A DNA stretch of 64,000 nt from a bacterium (GTDB taxonomy: Bacteria; Patescibacteriota; Minisyncoccia; Moranbacterales; GWC2-37-73). The position numbers and the translations under genes are program-made. How positions within the stretch are numbered: position 1 is the first letter of the stretch; every line of letters begins with the position of its first letter. The stretch lies in assembly GCA_037140955.1 (NCBI GenBank), contig JBAXDL010000002.1, forward strand, positions 28,176 to 92,175. The letters are read 5' to 3'. A model generated the notes under the pieces. That model made no database searches. It was not told where the DNA came from and worked only from the letters and a program-made list of their open reading frames with translations. This document shows positions 9,713-18,634 of this stretch, one piece after another.

Positions 9713-12013
9713 TTATTTTGCAATTATTTTTCCACCTTGCCCAATCTGATCAAGCTTAACCGAAAGCAGTTTTGAAATTCCATCTTCCCCCATGGTCACA
9801 CCATACAAAAGTGATGCTTGGCGCATGGTTTCACGATTATGCGTGATGGCAATAAATTGAGTTGTGCCAGAAAGTTCTTGCAAAATCTTGCTAAAGCGAG
9901 CTGAATTTGCTTCATCAAGGGCAGCTTCAACTTCATCAAGAATTGCAAATGGTGGTGGATTGTGAGAAATGATAGCAAAAAGAAGTGCCAATGAAGTCAG
10001 TGAGCGTTCTCCACCAGATAGCATGGACAAATTGGCAATTTTTTTGCCTGGCGGACAAGCAAAGATTTCAACCCCCACCTCACCTCTTTCATTTTCGGCA
10101 TCTTGATCTTCTTTTTCAGTTTCATCGCCAGCCTCTGATTCACTATTTTTGAATTTTGACTTTTGAATTTTGACTTTTGTCAGGTTTGCATTCCCTCCAC
10201 CGAAAATAATTTTGAAATATTTGGTAAATTCCTTGTTGATTTGCTCAAAAGCTTGCTCAAACTCAACTTTGATTCTTTGATCCATCTCCTTTATGATCTC
10301 TTCGAGAGAAACAAGTGCATCTGCCAAGTCTTTCAATTCTTGGGTCAAAAAATCAAAACGTGCATTTGTTTCAGTATATTCCTGAACAATCATTGGATCG
10401 ATTCCACCAATTTGCTCCATCTGAGTTTTGAGTCTCATGATGTCACGCTCAAGTTGCTCTCTGTTGATCTCTGTTCCATCATATTTCAATTCTTGCACTT
10501 CACATCTGAGTTCATCCTTGATTTCATTGACCAAATCTTCTTCTCGAACCTCAACTCTGGCCAACTTTATCTTTGCATCATTAAATTGATCCTTGATGAG
10601 ATTGAGCTGCTCCTGACGAGCGCGCGATTCTCTTTCAACTTGAAAAAATCTCTCACGCAAAGCTCGCACTCTTTGATTTTCTGCTGAAATTTCTTTTTCT
10701 ACTTTTTCAAAATCACCTCGAAGCTCAACTTCTTTTGCTTTGAATTTTTTCTTTTTCTCCTCAAGTTCAGCAATTTTGTTGTTGATCTCAGCAACCTCCT
10801 TGGAATTATCTCTTTTTACTGAAACTTCTCCCTTGCCAGATTGTTCATACAAGTCAAAAAGTTGCTGCTGAATGGCCCTGGCTGATTCTTTGATCTCCTG
10901 CAAGTCATCCATGTTTTCAGCCTCTTCAACGCGCAAAATGAGACGCTCCTGAGCCATGCGAATGTTGGAAAGTTTTGCTTGAACATATTTCAAATCAACC
11001 GGAATAATCTCAATCACTTTTTGATTGGCCAATTTTTCTTTTTCAACCACAATCCTTCCTTCTGAGATGATCAATTCCCGCTCAATGTCATTCAATTGAT
11101 AGCGAATTTGAGTTTTTTTCTTGTCCAATTCCACTTCAGCTCCTGCCTCCTGCGCTCTACTTGATTCATTGGTGAGCTCATCATTCATTTTGTCCACCTC
11201 TCTTTGCATGTTCATCATTGATGCTCCCAATGTTTCTTTTTCTTTCGAGAATTTTTCACGTTCATTTTGAAATTGATGCCACAAAAAAGAAAACAATTTT
11301 GTTTGTTTTTCTTTCAATTCATCAGAAACAATTTTTCCTTGTTGTGCTTTTTCAGCCTGACGTTTGAGCATCTTCAAATGCGGTTCAATTTCACGAATAA
11401 GCCCAGCAGTTCTTTCCATGTTTTCCTTGGTAGAATCAAGCTTTTTCAGTGCCCTGTCTTTTTTGATTTGATATTGCTTCACTCCAGCTGCATCTTCCAA
11501 CACGCTTCTGCGTTCAACTGGGGTGGCATTTAGCAAGGAATCAGACATTCCCTGATTGATCACACAATAACTTTCTTTTCCAACTCCAGCCTTGGCAAGA
11601 AGGTCGCTCACATCCAAAAGCCTGGAGCGATTTCCATTGATCAAATATTCTGATTCGCCAGAGCGATACAATTTCCTGGTGATGACAACTTCGCCATATT
11701 CCAAAGGAATTCTTTTGTCGCTATTGTCAAAATGAAGTGAAACCTGAGCACTGGAAAGTCTTGCCTTTGTTCCAGAACCTGCAAAAATGATGTCCTCAGC
11801 CTTTTTCCCACGCAAGGTTTTCATTGATTGCTCGCCCATGGCCCACTTGATTGCATCGGACGTGTTTGATTTTCCAGATCCATTTGGCCCAACAATAGCG
11901 GTTATCCCACAAGCTTCTCCTGCACTATTAAAATTCCCCGCTGGTAAAAATTCCAGCGCGGTTTTGTTTGCAAATGATTTGAAGCCCGATATTTCAACTT
12001 TTTTTAGATACAT
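9713..12013 (-). CDS. smc: SMC-family chromosome-condensation ATPase, unusually short (766 aa), no recognisable hinge domain
   Basis: N-terminus MYLKKVEISGFKSFANKT...GPNGSGKSN (Walker A). C-terminus LSGGERSLTSLALLFAI (signature motif) and ILDEVEAALD (Walker B). The middle roughly 450 aa is continuous coiled-coil-like sequence. Confidence 0.75.
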   Translation of the reverse strand: MYLKKVEISGFKSFANKTALEFLPAGNFNSAGEACGITAIVGPNGSGKSNTSDAIKWAMGEQSMKTLRGKKAEDIIFAGSGTKARLSSAQVSLHFDNSDKRIPLEYGEVVITRKLYRSGESEYLINGNRSRLLDVSDLLAKAGVGKESYCVINQGMSDSLLNATPVERRSVLEDAAGVKQYQIKKDRALKKLDSTKENMERTAGLIREIEPHLKMLKRQAEKAQQGKIVSDELKEKQTKLFSFLWHQFQNEREKFSKEKETLGASMMNMQREVDKMNDELTNESSRAQEAGAEVELDKKKTQIRYQLNDIERELIISEGRIVVEKEKLANQKVIEIIPVDLKYVQAKLSNIRMAQERLILRVEEAENMDDLQEIKESARAIQQQLFDLYEQSGKGEVSVKRDNSKEVAEINNKIAELEEKKKKFKAKEVELRGDFEKVEKEISAENQRVRALRERFFQVERESRARQEQLNLIKDQFNDAKIKLARVEVREEDLVNEIKDELRCEVQELKYDGTEINREQLERDIMRLKTQMEQIGGIDPMIVQEYTETNARFDFLTQELKDLADALVSLEEIIKEMDQRIKVEFEQAFEQINKEFTKYFKIIFGGGNANLTKVKIQKSKFKNSESEAGDETEKEDQDAENERGEVGVEIFACPPGKKIANLSMLSGGERSLTSLALLFAIISHNPPPFAILDEVEAALDEANSARFSKILQELSGTTQFIAITHNRETMRQASLLYGVTMGEDGISKLLSVKLDQIGQGGKIIAK

Positions 12014-12143
12014 AAAAAAGTGTAGAGTTTAAAGTGAAAAACTAAAAACAAAAAACAAACACGAAACATATAGCATCTTACATGCTTTTCGCTTTTAGCT
12101 ATAAGTTTTAAGCTTTTTTATTGTACTATACTTTTTTATTTTA

Positions 12144-12181
12144 GAAAAGAAAAAAGACTTTTATCGATGATAAAAGTCTTT
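12144..12181 (-). terminator. Perfect 13-bp-arm palindrome, followed on the minus strand by a T-run: terminator-like
   Basis: aaagacttttatc gat gataaaagtcttt. Plus-strand A-run 12146-12155. Confidence 0.4.
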
Positions 12182-12306
12182 AGGTTGGTCTGGGTACATC
12201 TAATTTGATGTTTTTTTGCTTCAGGAGTCATCAAAATTAAATGCACCCGGATGTAAGATTTCAAAAATTCTTTTTGAAGAAGGTTTGAAATCAAAAGAGA
12301 TTTTAG

Positions 12307-12374
12307 GTGTCAGAGGTTTGGTGTGTTGTGTTCATAGCGCCATAATACTCAAACACCAACTACCTCTGACACCT
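12307..12374. other. Long imperfect hairpin (about 19-bp stem, about 27-nt loop) in the 460-bp SMC/gap intergenic region; candidate structured RNA element
   Basis: ggtgtcagaggtttggtgt ... acaccaactacctctgacacc. One bulge. Confidence 0.3.
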
Positions 12375-12423
12375 TCATCATATAGCAAAGTGGCCTTTTG
12401 TCAATAATTCAGAATTAATCAAA

Positions 12424-12455
12424 CAAAAAAAATGGCCAATTAAGGCCATTTTTAA
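12424..12455 (-). terminator. Rho-independent terminator after gap
   Basis: aatggcc-aattaa-ggccatt stem with A-run before and T-run after. Confidence 0.55.
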
Positions 12456-12476
12456 AGATAAAATTTGAGCTAGTTT

Positions 12477-13469
12477 TTATTTGCAAATGTAGTGAGCCAT
12501 CTCCACCAAACGATTTGAATATCCCCATTCGTTGTCATACCAGCCAACAATCTTCACCTGATTTCCCATGCTCATGGTCAATGGCAAGTCAACAATAGAA
12601 GAATGTGGATTCATTTTATAGTCCATTGAGACAAGTTCTTTGTGTGTGGCATCAAGAATGTTGAGCATGCTTCCATTGGCAGCTTTTTCAAAAGCAGCAT
12701 TAATTTCTTCAACTGTCTTTGGTTTTGTGACTGTGCAAATGAAATCAACAATTGAAACAACTGGCGTTGGCACGCGCAGAGCAATTCCGTCCAACTTTCC
12801 TTTGAGATGTGGAATCACCTTTCCAACTGTCTTGGCAGCACCAGTGGTGGTTGGAATAATAGAAAGTGCAGCAGCACGTGCTCTTCGCATGTCACGATGA
12901 GGTAAATCCAAAAGATTTTGATCGTTGGTATATGAATGAGTGGTTGTCATGAACCCCTGCTCAACATCACAAAGATCATCCAAAACTTTGATCATCGGAG
13001 CCAAACAATTTGTGGTGCAAGAACCATTGGAAACAATTTTTTCGCCGTTATATTCTTTTTCATTGATGCCAAGCAAGAAAACTGGCACATCATCTTTTGG
13101 TGGAGCAGAAAGCACAACTTTCTTTGCACCAGCTGCAATGTGTTTTCCAGCACCTTCTTGATCCAAGAATATTCCAGTGCAATCAAGCACAACATCAACT
13201 TCCAATTTTCCCCATGGCAATTCCAAAGGATCCTTTTGTGAAAAATATTTTATTGGCTTTCCATCAATAATGATCTCGCTATTTTCCTTGTCTACTTTTA
13301 CATCGCGCCCATACACACCATATGATGAATCATATTTCAAAAGATGTGCACTTGTTTCAATGTCAGTCAAATCATTAATAGCCACAACTTCCATATCATT
13401 CTTTTCGAAAACTATTTTCAATGATGGTCTTCCAATACGACCAAAACCATTAATTGCAACTTTCAACAT
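12477..13469 (-). CDS. gap: Glyceraldehyde-3-phosphate dehydrogenase (type I)
   Basis: MLKVAINGFGRIGR... and the active-site region SNGSCTTNCLAPMIKVL. Confidence 0.92.
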   Translation of the reverse strand: MLKVAINGFGRIGRPSLKIVFEKNDMEVVAINDLTDIETSAHLLKYDSSYGVYGRDVKVDKENSEIIIDGKPIKYFSQKDPLELPWGKLEVDVVLDCTGIFLDQEGAGKHIAAGAKKVVLSAPPKDDVPVFLLGINEKEYNGEKIVSNGSCTTNCLAPMIKVLDDLCDVEQGFMTTTHSYTNDQNLLDLPHRDMRRARAAALSIIPTTTGAAKTVGKVIPHLKGKLDGIALRVPTPVVSIVDFICTVTKPKTVEEINAAFEKAANGSMLNILDATHKELVSMDYKMNPHSSIVDLPLTMSMGNQVKIVGWYDNEWGYSNRLVEMAHYICK

Positions 13470-13630
13470 ATTTTTTTATTTTAATTATAAAAAATAATTT
13501 TTAATTTTTAATTTTCACCCTGCGGGTGCGAGTAATTTTATAAATAAATCATAATGTTTTAATTTTTTAAACATTAGAAATTTAAGAATTATTTAAAAAT
13601 TATAAAATTAAAAATTAAAAATTTTGCAAA

Positions 13631-13906
13631 CTATTGTCCTTCAATTTCAGTCAGATGCCAATGCTCACCTTTCACTTTTTTGATATTAAACTTTGTTCTT
13701 TCAAGAATTGTGCCTTTGGCAATGTTTTTGATTCCAAATTTCAAATTATCAATACTGATGTCTTCTGTGTGTTTTTCATGACCATCGTGCGCCAATGCAA
13801 TTTGCCCAATTTCCAAATTCACATATTCAATCTGTGAAAGTTTCTCACTTTTCACAATTTTCATGATATCATCAACAATTTCCTTGGCCAGCATAAAATC
13901 ATGCAT
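13631..13906 (-). CDS. HypA/HybF-like hydrogenase Ni-insertion protein, non-canonical: lacks the CxxC...CxxC zinc finger
   Basis: N-terminal MHD (HypA has the Ni-binding MHE), then FMLAKEIVDDIMKIVKSEKLSQIEYVNLEIGQIA matching the HypA N-domain. The C-terminal ...GEHWHLTEIEG resembles the HypA end. There is no Cys at all; His-rich instead (HDGHEKH, HWH). Confidence 0.45.
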   Translation of the reverse strand: MHDFMLAKEIVDDIMKIVKSEKLSQIEYVNLEIGQIALAHDGHEKHTEDISIDNLKFGIKNIAKGTILERTKFNIKKVKGEHWHLTEIEGQ

Positions 13907-13946
13907 ACGAGAGTGTAAAATGTAAAGTGTAAAAATAAAAGTACAC

Positions 13947-14288
13947 TCAACTCTTTTTTCTTAATGTAATTATACTTGATCCTAAAATATTTGCTATTTC
14001 TTGCGTTTCCTTTAAAATTTTCTCAGCCTTTTCTTTTTCTGCTTTTTTAGTGTCCCGCAATAATCCTAACCAGAATTTTGTTTCATTTGCAGACTTAAGC
14101 GCATAACTAAAAAAATTTGCAAAATCTTTCCTGGAGGCACCAGCTTGCGCTTCAACAATATTTGCACCAATACTAGTTGCGCTTCTCAATAATTGCTTTG
14201 AAATAACTTCAGTACTGAAATCTCGCTTATTTAATCCATCAACAAACATTATGACATCAATTGCATAGAAATATGCTCTGTGCTTCAA
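13947..14288 (-). CDS. Four-helix-bundle protein (23S rRNA intervening-sequence protein / Avd-like family)
   Basis: LLRSATSIGANIVEAQAGASRKDFANFFSYALKSANETKFWLGLL is the family hallmark. Confidence 0.6.
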   Translation of the reverse strand: MKHRAYFYAIDVIMFVDGLNKRDFSTEVISKQLLRSATSIGANIVEAQAGASRKDFANFFSYALKSANETKFWLGLLRDTKKAEKEKAEKILKETQEIANILGSSIITLRKKS

Positions 14289-14349
14289 TTATGTTTTATT
14301 TTTTTCTTGCATTTTAGTTTTTCGTTTTTAGCTTTGCGTTTTGCACTTT

Positions 14350-15612
14350 CTAGTGGACCGCGCAGCTGATACATGGGTCGTAGGCACGAATGAAAGCGCG
14401 CATTTTTCGTTCCATGGCTTTTTCGTCTTTGTCCAAAATTCCAGGAATAAAGGCGGCTATGTCATCTTCCAGATGTGTCAAAACTTGAGCTGTTGGAGTG
14501 ATGATATTTGCATTTTTGATATACCCTTTTGCATCAATATCAACCCAATAATACAAGGTTCCGCGTGGAGCTTCAATGGCAGCAGCAGCCGACCCCTCAC
14601 GCACAGTATATTCCTTTGTGATTGCATTTTCAAGGTTTTCATGTGTAAGCTCTTTGAGCAAGCGAATTGAATCCTCAATGCAATGCACAACCTCCACCAT
14701 TTGATATATAACATTGTGAAATGGATTATAGTCTGGCAAATTAAATTCCAAACTTTTCAGATATTTTTGAGCAGCAGGACTCAATTGTTCGTGATTATTG
14801 TTAATTCTGGCAATAGCGCCAATCATATAACTTGTTTTTCCATCACGTTCAACTCTCTTGATGACCTCCTTTGGACGTTGAAATTCATGAAAACTTTCTT
14901 CAAATTTTTGAGCACTAACATTCAATCCTTTGTTTGAAATAACATCACCCTCGCAAATTGCATATTCACCTTTTGTGCGAAGACAAACATATTCAGTTGG
15001 ACGAGAAAAATTTGGAACTTTAATTGTTTTGAAAAATGCTGCCAATTCCAAGGCTATTGGCAAAATCTCCTCCCCATTGGCAATAAGCTTTTGCAATTGA
15101 TCAACTGTTGGAACTTTTTTGAAACCACCAACTTCATTTGTGAGAGAATGAACGACTCGGCCACCAAGAGTTTTGACAATAGCCATGCCATATTCACGAA
15201 TTTTCACCGCCTTGATTGTTTCTTCGGGATAGGCTTTGATCAAATCCAAGTCATTTTCAATGTCCAAAAAATCTGCCAATGACAAAAAGAAAAGATGCAG
15301 CGCGTGAGAATGAATAAATTGAGCATGCTCCAAAACTTTTCGCATTTTTATTGTTTCTGGTGTGACCTCAACCTTCATTGCATTTTCAATGGCCTTGATT
15401 GCTGTCAGATTGTGCACAATTGGACAAATACCACAAATTCGCTGGGCGATTGTTGGCATGTCTTTGTAATTTCGGCCAACCAAAATCCCTTCAATCAAGC
15501 GAATTCCCTCTTGCACTTCAAATTTGGCTGATTTCACATCGCCCTTGATAACACTAGCCATAAAGCCAGTATGTCCTTCAATTTTTGCAATGTGATTTAT
15601 TTTTATATTCAT
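14350..15612 (-). CDS. [NiFe]-hydrogenase large subunit, group 3 type; ends exactly at the C-terminal His
   Basis: N-terminal RICGICPIVH (L1 motif). The C-terminal DPCISCAVH is immediately followed by the stop, so there is no cleavable extension. 420 aa. Confidence 0.9.
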   Translation of the reverse strand: MNIKINHIAKIEGHTGFMASVIKGDVKSAKFEVQEGIRLIEGILVGRNYKDMPTIAQRICGICPIVHNLTAIKAIENAMKVEVTPETIKMRKVLEHAQFIHSHALHLFFLSLADFLDIENDLDLIKAYPEETIKAVKIREYGMAIVKTLGGRVVHSLTNEVGGFKKVPTVDQLQKLIANGEEILPIALELAAFFKTIKVPNFSRPTEYVCLRTKGEYAICEGDVISNKGLNVSAQKFEESFHEFQRPKEVIKRVERDGKTSYMIGAIARINNNHEQLSPAAQKYLKSLEFNLPDYNPFHNVIYQMVEVVHCIEDSIRLLKELTHENLENAITKEYTVREGSAAAAIEAPRGTLYYWVDIDAKGYIKNANIITPTAQVLTHLEDDIAAFIPGILDKDEKAMERKMRAFIRAYDPCISCAVH

Positions 15613-15758
15613 AGATTTTTTATGTTTAATATTTTTGTAAATAGTATGTGAAAATATGTTTTTATTTTTGCGCTTAAAACAAGATTCCTTGGTTGTTATT
15701 TCGAAAGTTGCAATTGTTTTTCCGCGCCAAAAATAAAAATATATTTGAACAATCTAAC

Positions 15759-16550
15759 CTATCCCTTGTGCTCCCCTTCCCATTTCTCAACATCATCACG
15801 AAGACCAAAAATCTCAGTAGTGTTTTCAAATTCTTCATCTGTCATCATGTTTTTGAGCGCCATCTTCATTGATTTGACATTAGCAGTTGGACGCAGACCG
15901 CGACAACCTTGGCATCCCATGCGAGAACTAGGGCAAACGGCCTCACATCCACCCAGAATCATTGGACCAAAGCAAGGCTTTTTGTCCAAAAGCAAACAAC
16001 GATTTCCTTGCTCTTTGCACTGCACACAAACTGGACTGTCAGGAATTGTTGGCAAAGCAGTGCCATCCTTCACGTTTGCTAGCAATATCGGAAAATATGC
16101 CAAAAATTCTTCTCCTGTGATTGGACAACCAGGGAAAGTAAAATCAACCTTCACAAAATTATTAACTTCTTTGATTTCTTCATTCTCAATTCCTTGCATG
16201 TATTTGTACACATGCTTGATGGTGTTTTTTCCTTCTTGATAATTTTTAATCTCTGGCACACCACCCATGGCAGCGCAGTTTCCAATCACCACCAACAATT
16301 TGCTGCGTTTTCGAAGCTCCAAGAGAGTTTTGATGTTTGCTTTGGTGGCAGGATTTCCCTCCACAAAGGCAATGTCCAAATCAACACCTGGATCTTCCAA
16401 ATCCTCCAGCAAACGAAAATCAACCATCTCAACTTGCGCCACAGCTTCCAAAAATTTGACACCCAAATCCAAAAGCACAAATTGACACCCTTCGCATGAT
16501 GTCAAAGAAACAATAGCAATTTTTGGTTTTTTCACTTCTTGATTTTCCAT
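15759..16550 (-). CDS. [NiFe]-hydrogenase small subunit, group 3 (delta-type)
   Basis: KIAIVSLTSCEGCQ is the group-3 small-subunit N-terminal motif. Also GNCAAMGG and multiple Cys clusters (CVQCKEQGNRC, CEAVCPSSRMGCQGC) for FeS clusters. Confidence 0.85.
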   Translation of the reverse strand: MENQEVKKPKIAIVSLTSCEGCQFVLLDLGVKFLEAVAQVEMVDFRLLEDLEDPGVDLDIAFVEGNPATKANIKTLLELRKRSKLLVVIGNCAAMGGVPEIKNYQEGKNTIKHVYKYMQGIENEEIKEVNNFVKVDFTFPGCPITGEEFLAYFPILLANVKDGTALPTIPDSPVCVQCKEQGNRCLLLDKKPCFGPMILGGCEAVCPSSRMGCQGCRGLRPTANVKSMKMALKNMMTDEEFENTTEIFGLRDDVEKWEGEHKG

Positions 16551-16655
16551 ATTTATTTTATTTTTATTTGTAATATTTGCACACTAATAAAACCTATTTT
16601 ATTGTATCATATTTTTAAACATAAAAAAATGAGGATTCTTAGAATCCTCATTACA

Positions 16656-17318
16656 CTACATCCTTTTTTTCAAAATTGAAAGATATGGAAAGTCAAAATG
16701 ATTAACATTTCCAGCCAAAAACCTTGCAGCCTCCATAAAATCAGAGTCATTTGCCTGTGAATACAAAAGATTCTTAATCAAAACAACACCTGGCGCATCA
16801 TCAACAACCATGGGATAGTGACAAAGCACAGTTTTTCCCTCAATCATTTCTTTTCTGTCTTTCTCCCAAAAAAGAATACCATTGACTTTGACTGCAACGC
16901 TGCCATTTCGATATTCACCGATCATAATATTGTCTTTTGGTGAAACCTTTTTGATCACAATTGGCATCAGCATGTGATTGAAGATGGTGTAATTGTAAAA
17001 CTTTCCACCTCTGGGGATTTGCTCCTTTACAAGATCACCCAAAACAACATCCGTGTGAAACGATGAGCCAAAATAATTTACAATCACCTCCCTGTCAATA
17101 TCTTTTTTGCCAAGATTTTTTGCAACCAAAACAATAGCTTCTTTGCGTTCATCCCATTGTTGCAGCTTTTTGCAAAATTTTGCAAAATCAATATCAATCT
17201 TCTTTGCTAAATTTTCTTCAATAACCTTGCGATTATTTTCACTACTAGGTTTCCCATCAACATAGCAACTGAAAAACATTTTGTAAAAAAGCTCCATCGC
17301 ATCAGCAGTAATTTTCAT
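16656..17318 (-). CDS. Hypothetical 220-aa soluble protein inside the hydrogenase operon, between hypC and the small subunit
   Basis: No recognisable motifs and only four Cys, so it is not an FeS/diaphorase subunit. Same strand with tight spacing to both neighbours. Confidence 0.4.
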   Translation of the reverse strand: MKITADAMELFYKMFFSCYVDGKPSSENNRKVIEENLAKKIDIDFAKFCKKLQQWDERKEAIVLVAKNLGKKDIDREVIVNYFGSSFHTDVVLGDLVKEQIPRGGKFYNYTIFNHMLMPIVIKKVSPKDNIMIGEYRNGSVAVKVNGILFWEKDRKEMIEGKTVLCHYPMVVDDAPGVVLIKNLLYSQANDSDFMEAARFLAGNVNHFDFPYLSILKKRM

Positions 17319-17321
17319 GGC

Positions 17322-17528
17322 CTATTTCCTTTCATTGATTATGTTAAAGATCTCTTGAGCTTGTCTTTTGTCCATTTTTTCAAGCACAACATTTTGCTGC
17401 GACATGACAAAATCACCGATTGCTAATTCTACAATAGTTTTCATTTCCTGTCTATCGCCCTTGAAATCTTCTACCACCACAAGATCACCCCTGACTTCAA
17501 CGACTTTTTTTGGAATTGTTAGGCACAT
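17322..17528 (-). CDS. hypC: Hydrogenase maturation factor HypC/HupF
   Basis: Starts MCLTIP (the HypC hallmark is MC[LG][AGT]IP), 68 aa. Confidence 0.85.
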   Translation of the reverse strand: MCLTIPKKVVEVRGDLVVVEDFKGDRQEMKTIVELAIGDFVMSQQNVVLEKMDKRQAQEIFNIINERK

Positions 17529-17637
17529 ATGAAAAACTATAAACTAAAAGTGCAAAACTAAAAGCAATCTAGTCTTACCTTTTTATTTTTTTATATTTTA
17601 TACCTTTAACTTTTCGCCTTAAGCTTTACACTTTCAG

Positions 17638-18567
17638 TTATTCTTCTCCAACTTCAACTGATTTTTTGTGATGATTATGTTTGGCCTCATCTTCTTTTGT
17701 GACAACGCATTTTCCATCACTGCAAAAATCAATCATTTTTTTCATTACAGTTTTTTTAACTTCCTCTTGTGCATCGCCAAGAATCTTGCGAATATCAAAA
17801 GAAATTTCATTTTGAGATCTGACAGTTTTGATTATGCTATTTATAAATGAAACACGTGTTGCTGTGTCAACATTGAAGCAATTAACCCCACGCTTAACAA
17901 CCTCTTTGACCCTGCCATTTTCCCAATCAGATGCGCCATGCAAAACAATCGGCACATCAACATTAGCCCTTATTTTCTCAAGTCTTGCATAATCAGGCTC
18001 ACTGCGCTCCTTCACAAATCCATGCGCATTTCCAATAGCAACAGCCAAGGTGTCGATTCCAGTTTTTTCCACAAACTCAGCAGCCTCATCAGGATCAGTC
18101 ATATATTTGTCCCAATCAACATCGCCAGCATCCATTTCTCCAATATATGGAACACTACCAAGCTCTCCTTGAACATCAACACCTTTTTCATGACAATAAT
18201 CGACAACATTTTTTGTGATCAAGATATTGTCATTAAGATGCTTTCTGGATCCATCAATCATCACTGAATTGAAACCAATCTCCACGCATCTCTTGCAAAT
18301 GTCAAAACTCTTGCCATGATCAAGATGAATTCCAATTGGAATTTCTGGTGCATACATTTCCGCCATATTTTTCACAATATTGAAAATCTGCCGACCACCA
18401 GCATAGTCCAAAGTTTTTTCAGTAATTTGAACAATAACAGGACTATGCATTTCTCTGGCAGCCTCAATAATAGCCCTGGTTGTTTCCATGTTGGTGGTGT
18501 TAAATGCTCCAACAGCATATCCACCTTCTTTTGCTTTTGTAAGAATTTCTTTTACACTGGTTATCAT
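17638..18567 (-). CDS. fba: Class II fructose-1,6-bisphosphate aldolase
   Basis: GGYAVGAFNTTNMETTRAIIEAA...GIHLDHG...VMIDGS is the class II aldolase signature. Confidence 0.85.
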   Translation of the reverse strand: MITSVKEILTKAKEGGYAVGAFNTTNMETTRAIIEAAREMHSPVIVQITEKTLDYAGGRQIFNIVKNMAEMYAPEIPIGIHLDHGKSFDICKRCVEIGFNSVMIDGSRKHLNDNILITKNVVDYCHEKGVDVQGELGSVPYIGEMDAGDVDWDKYMTDPDEAAEFVEKTGIDTLAVAIGNAHGFVKERSEPDYARLEKIRANVDVPIVLHGASDWENGRVKEVVKRGVNCFNVDTATRVSFINSIIKTVRSQNEISFDIRKILGDAQEEVKKTVMKKMIDFCSDGKCVVTKEDEAKHNHHKKSVEVGEE

Positions 18568-18634
18568 ATTTTTTAGTCCATAAAGTCAAAAGTCACAAGT
18601 CCTTAACGCTTGATGGACTTTTAGCTTTTAGCTT

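Noticed and set aside
12216-12407. 63-aa plus-strand ORF in the SMC/gap intergenic region
   Set aside because: It overlaps the long hairpin and has no motif or ribosome-binding site. The region is better explained as non-coding structure.
13947-14288. Avd-like gene considered as evidence of a diversity-generating retroelement
   Set aside because: No reverse transcriptase and no template/variable repeat pair are visible within the window. I kept it as a low-interest finding only.
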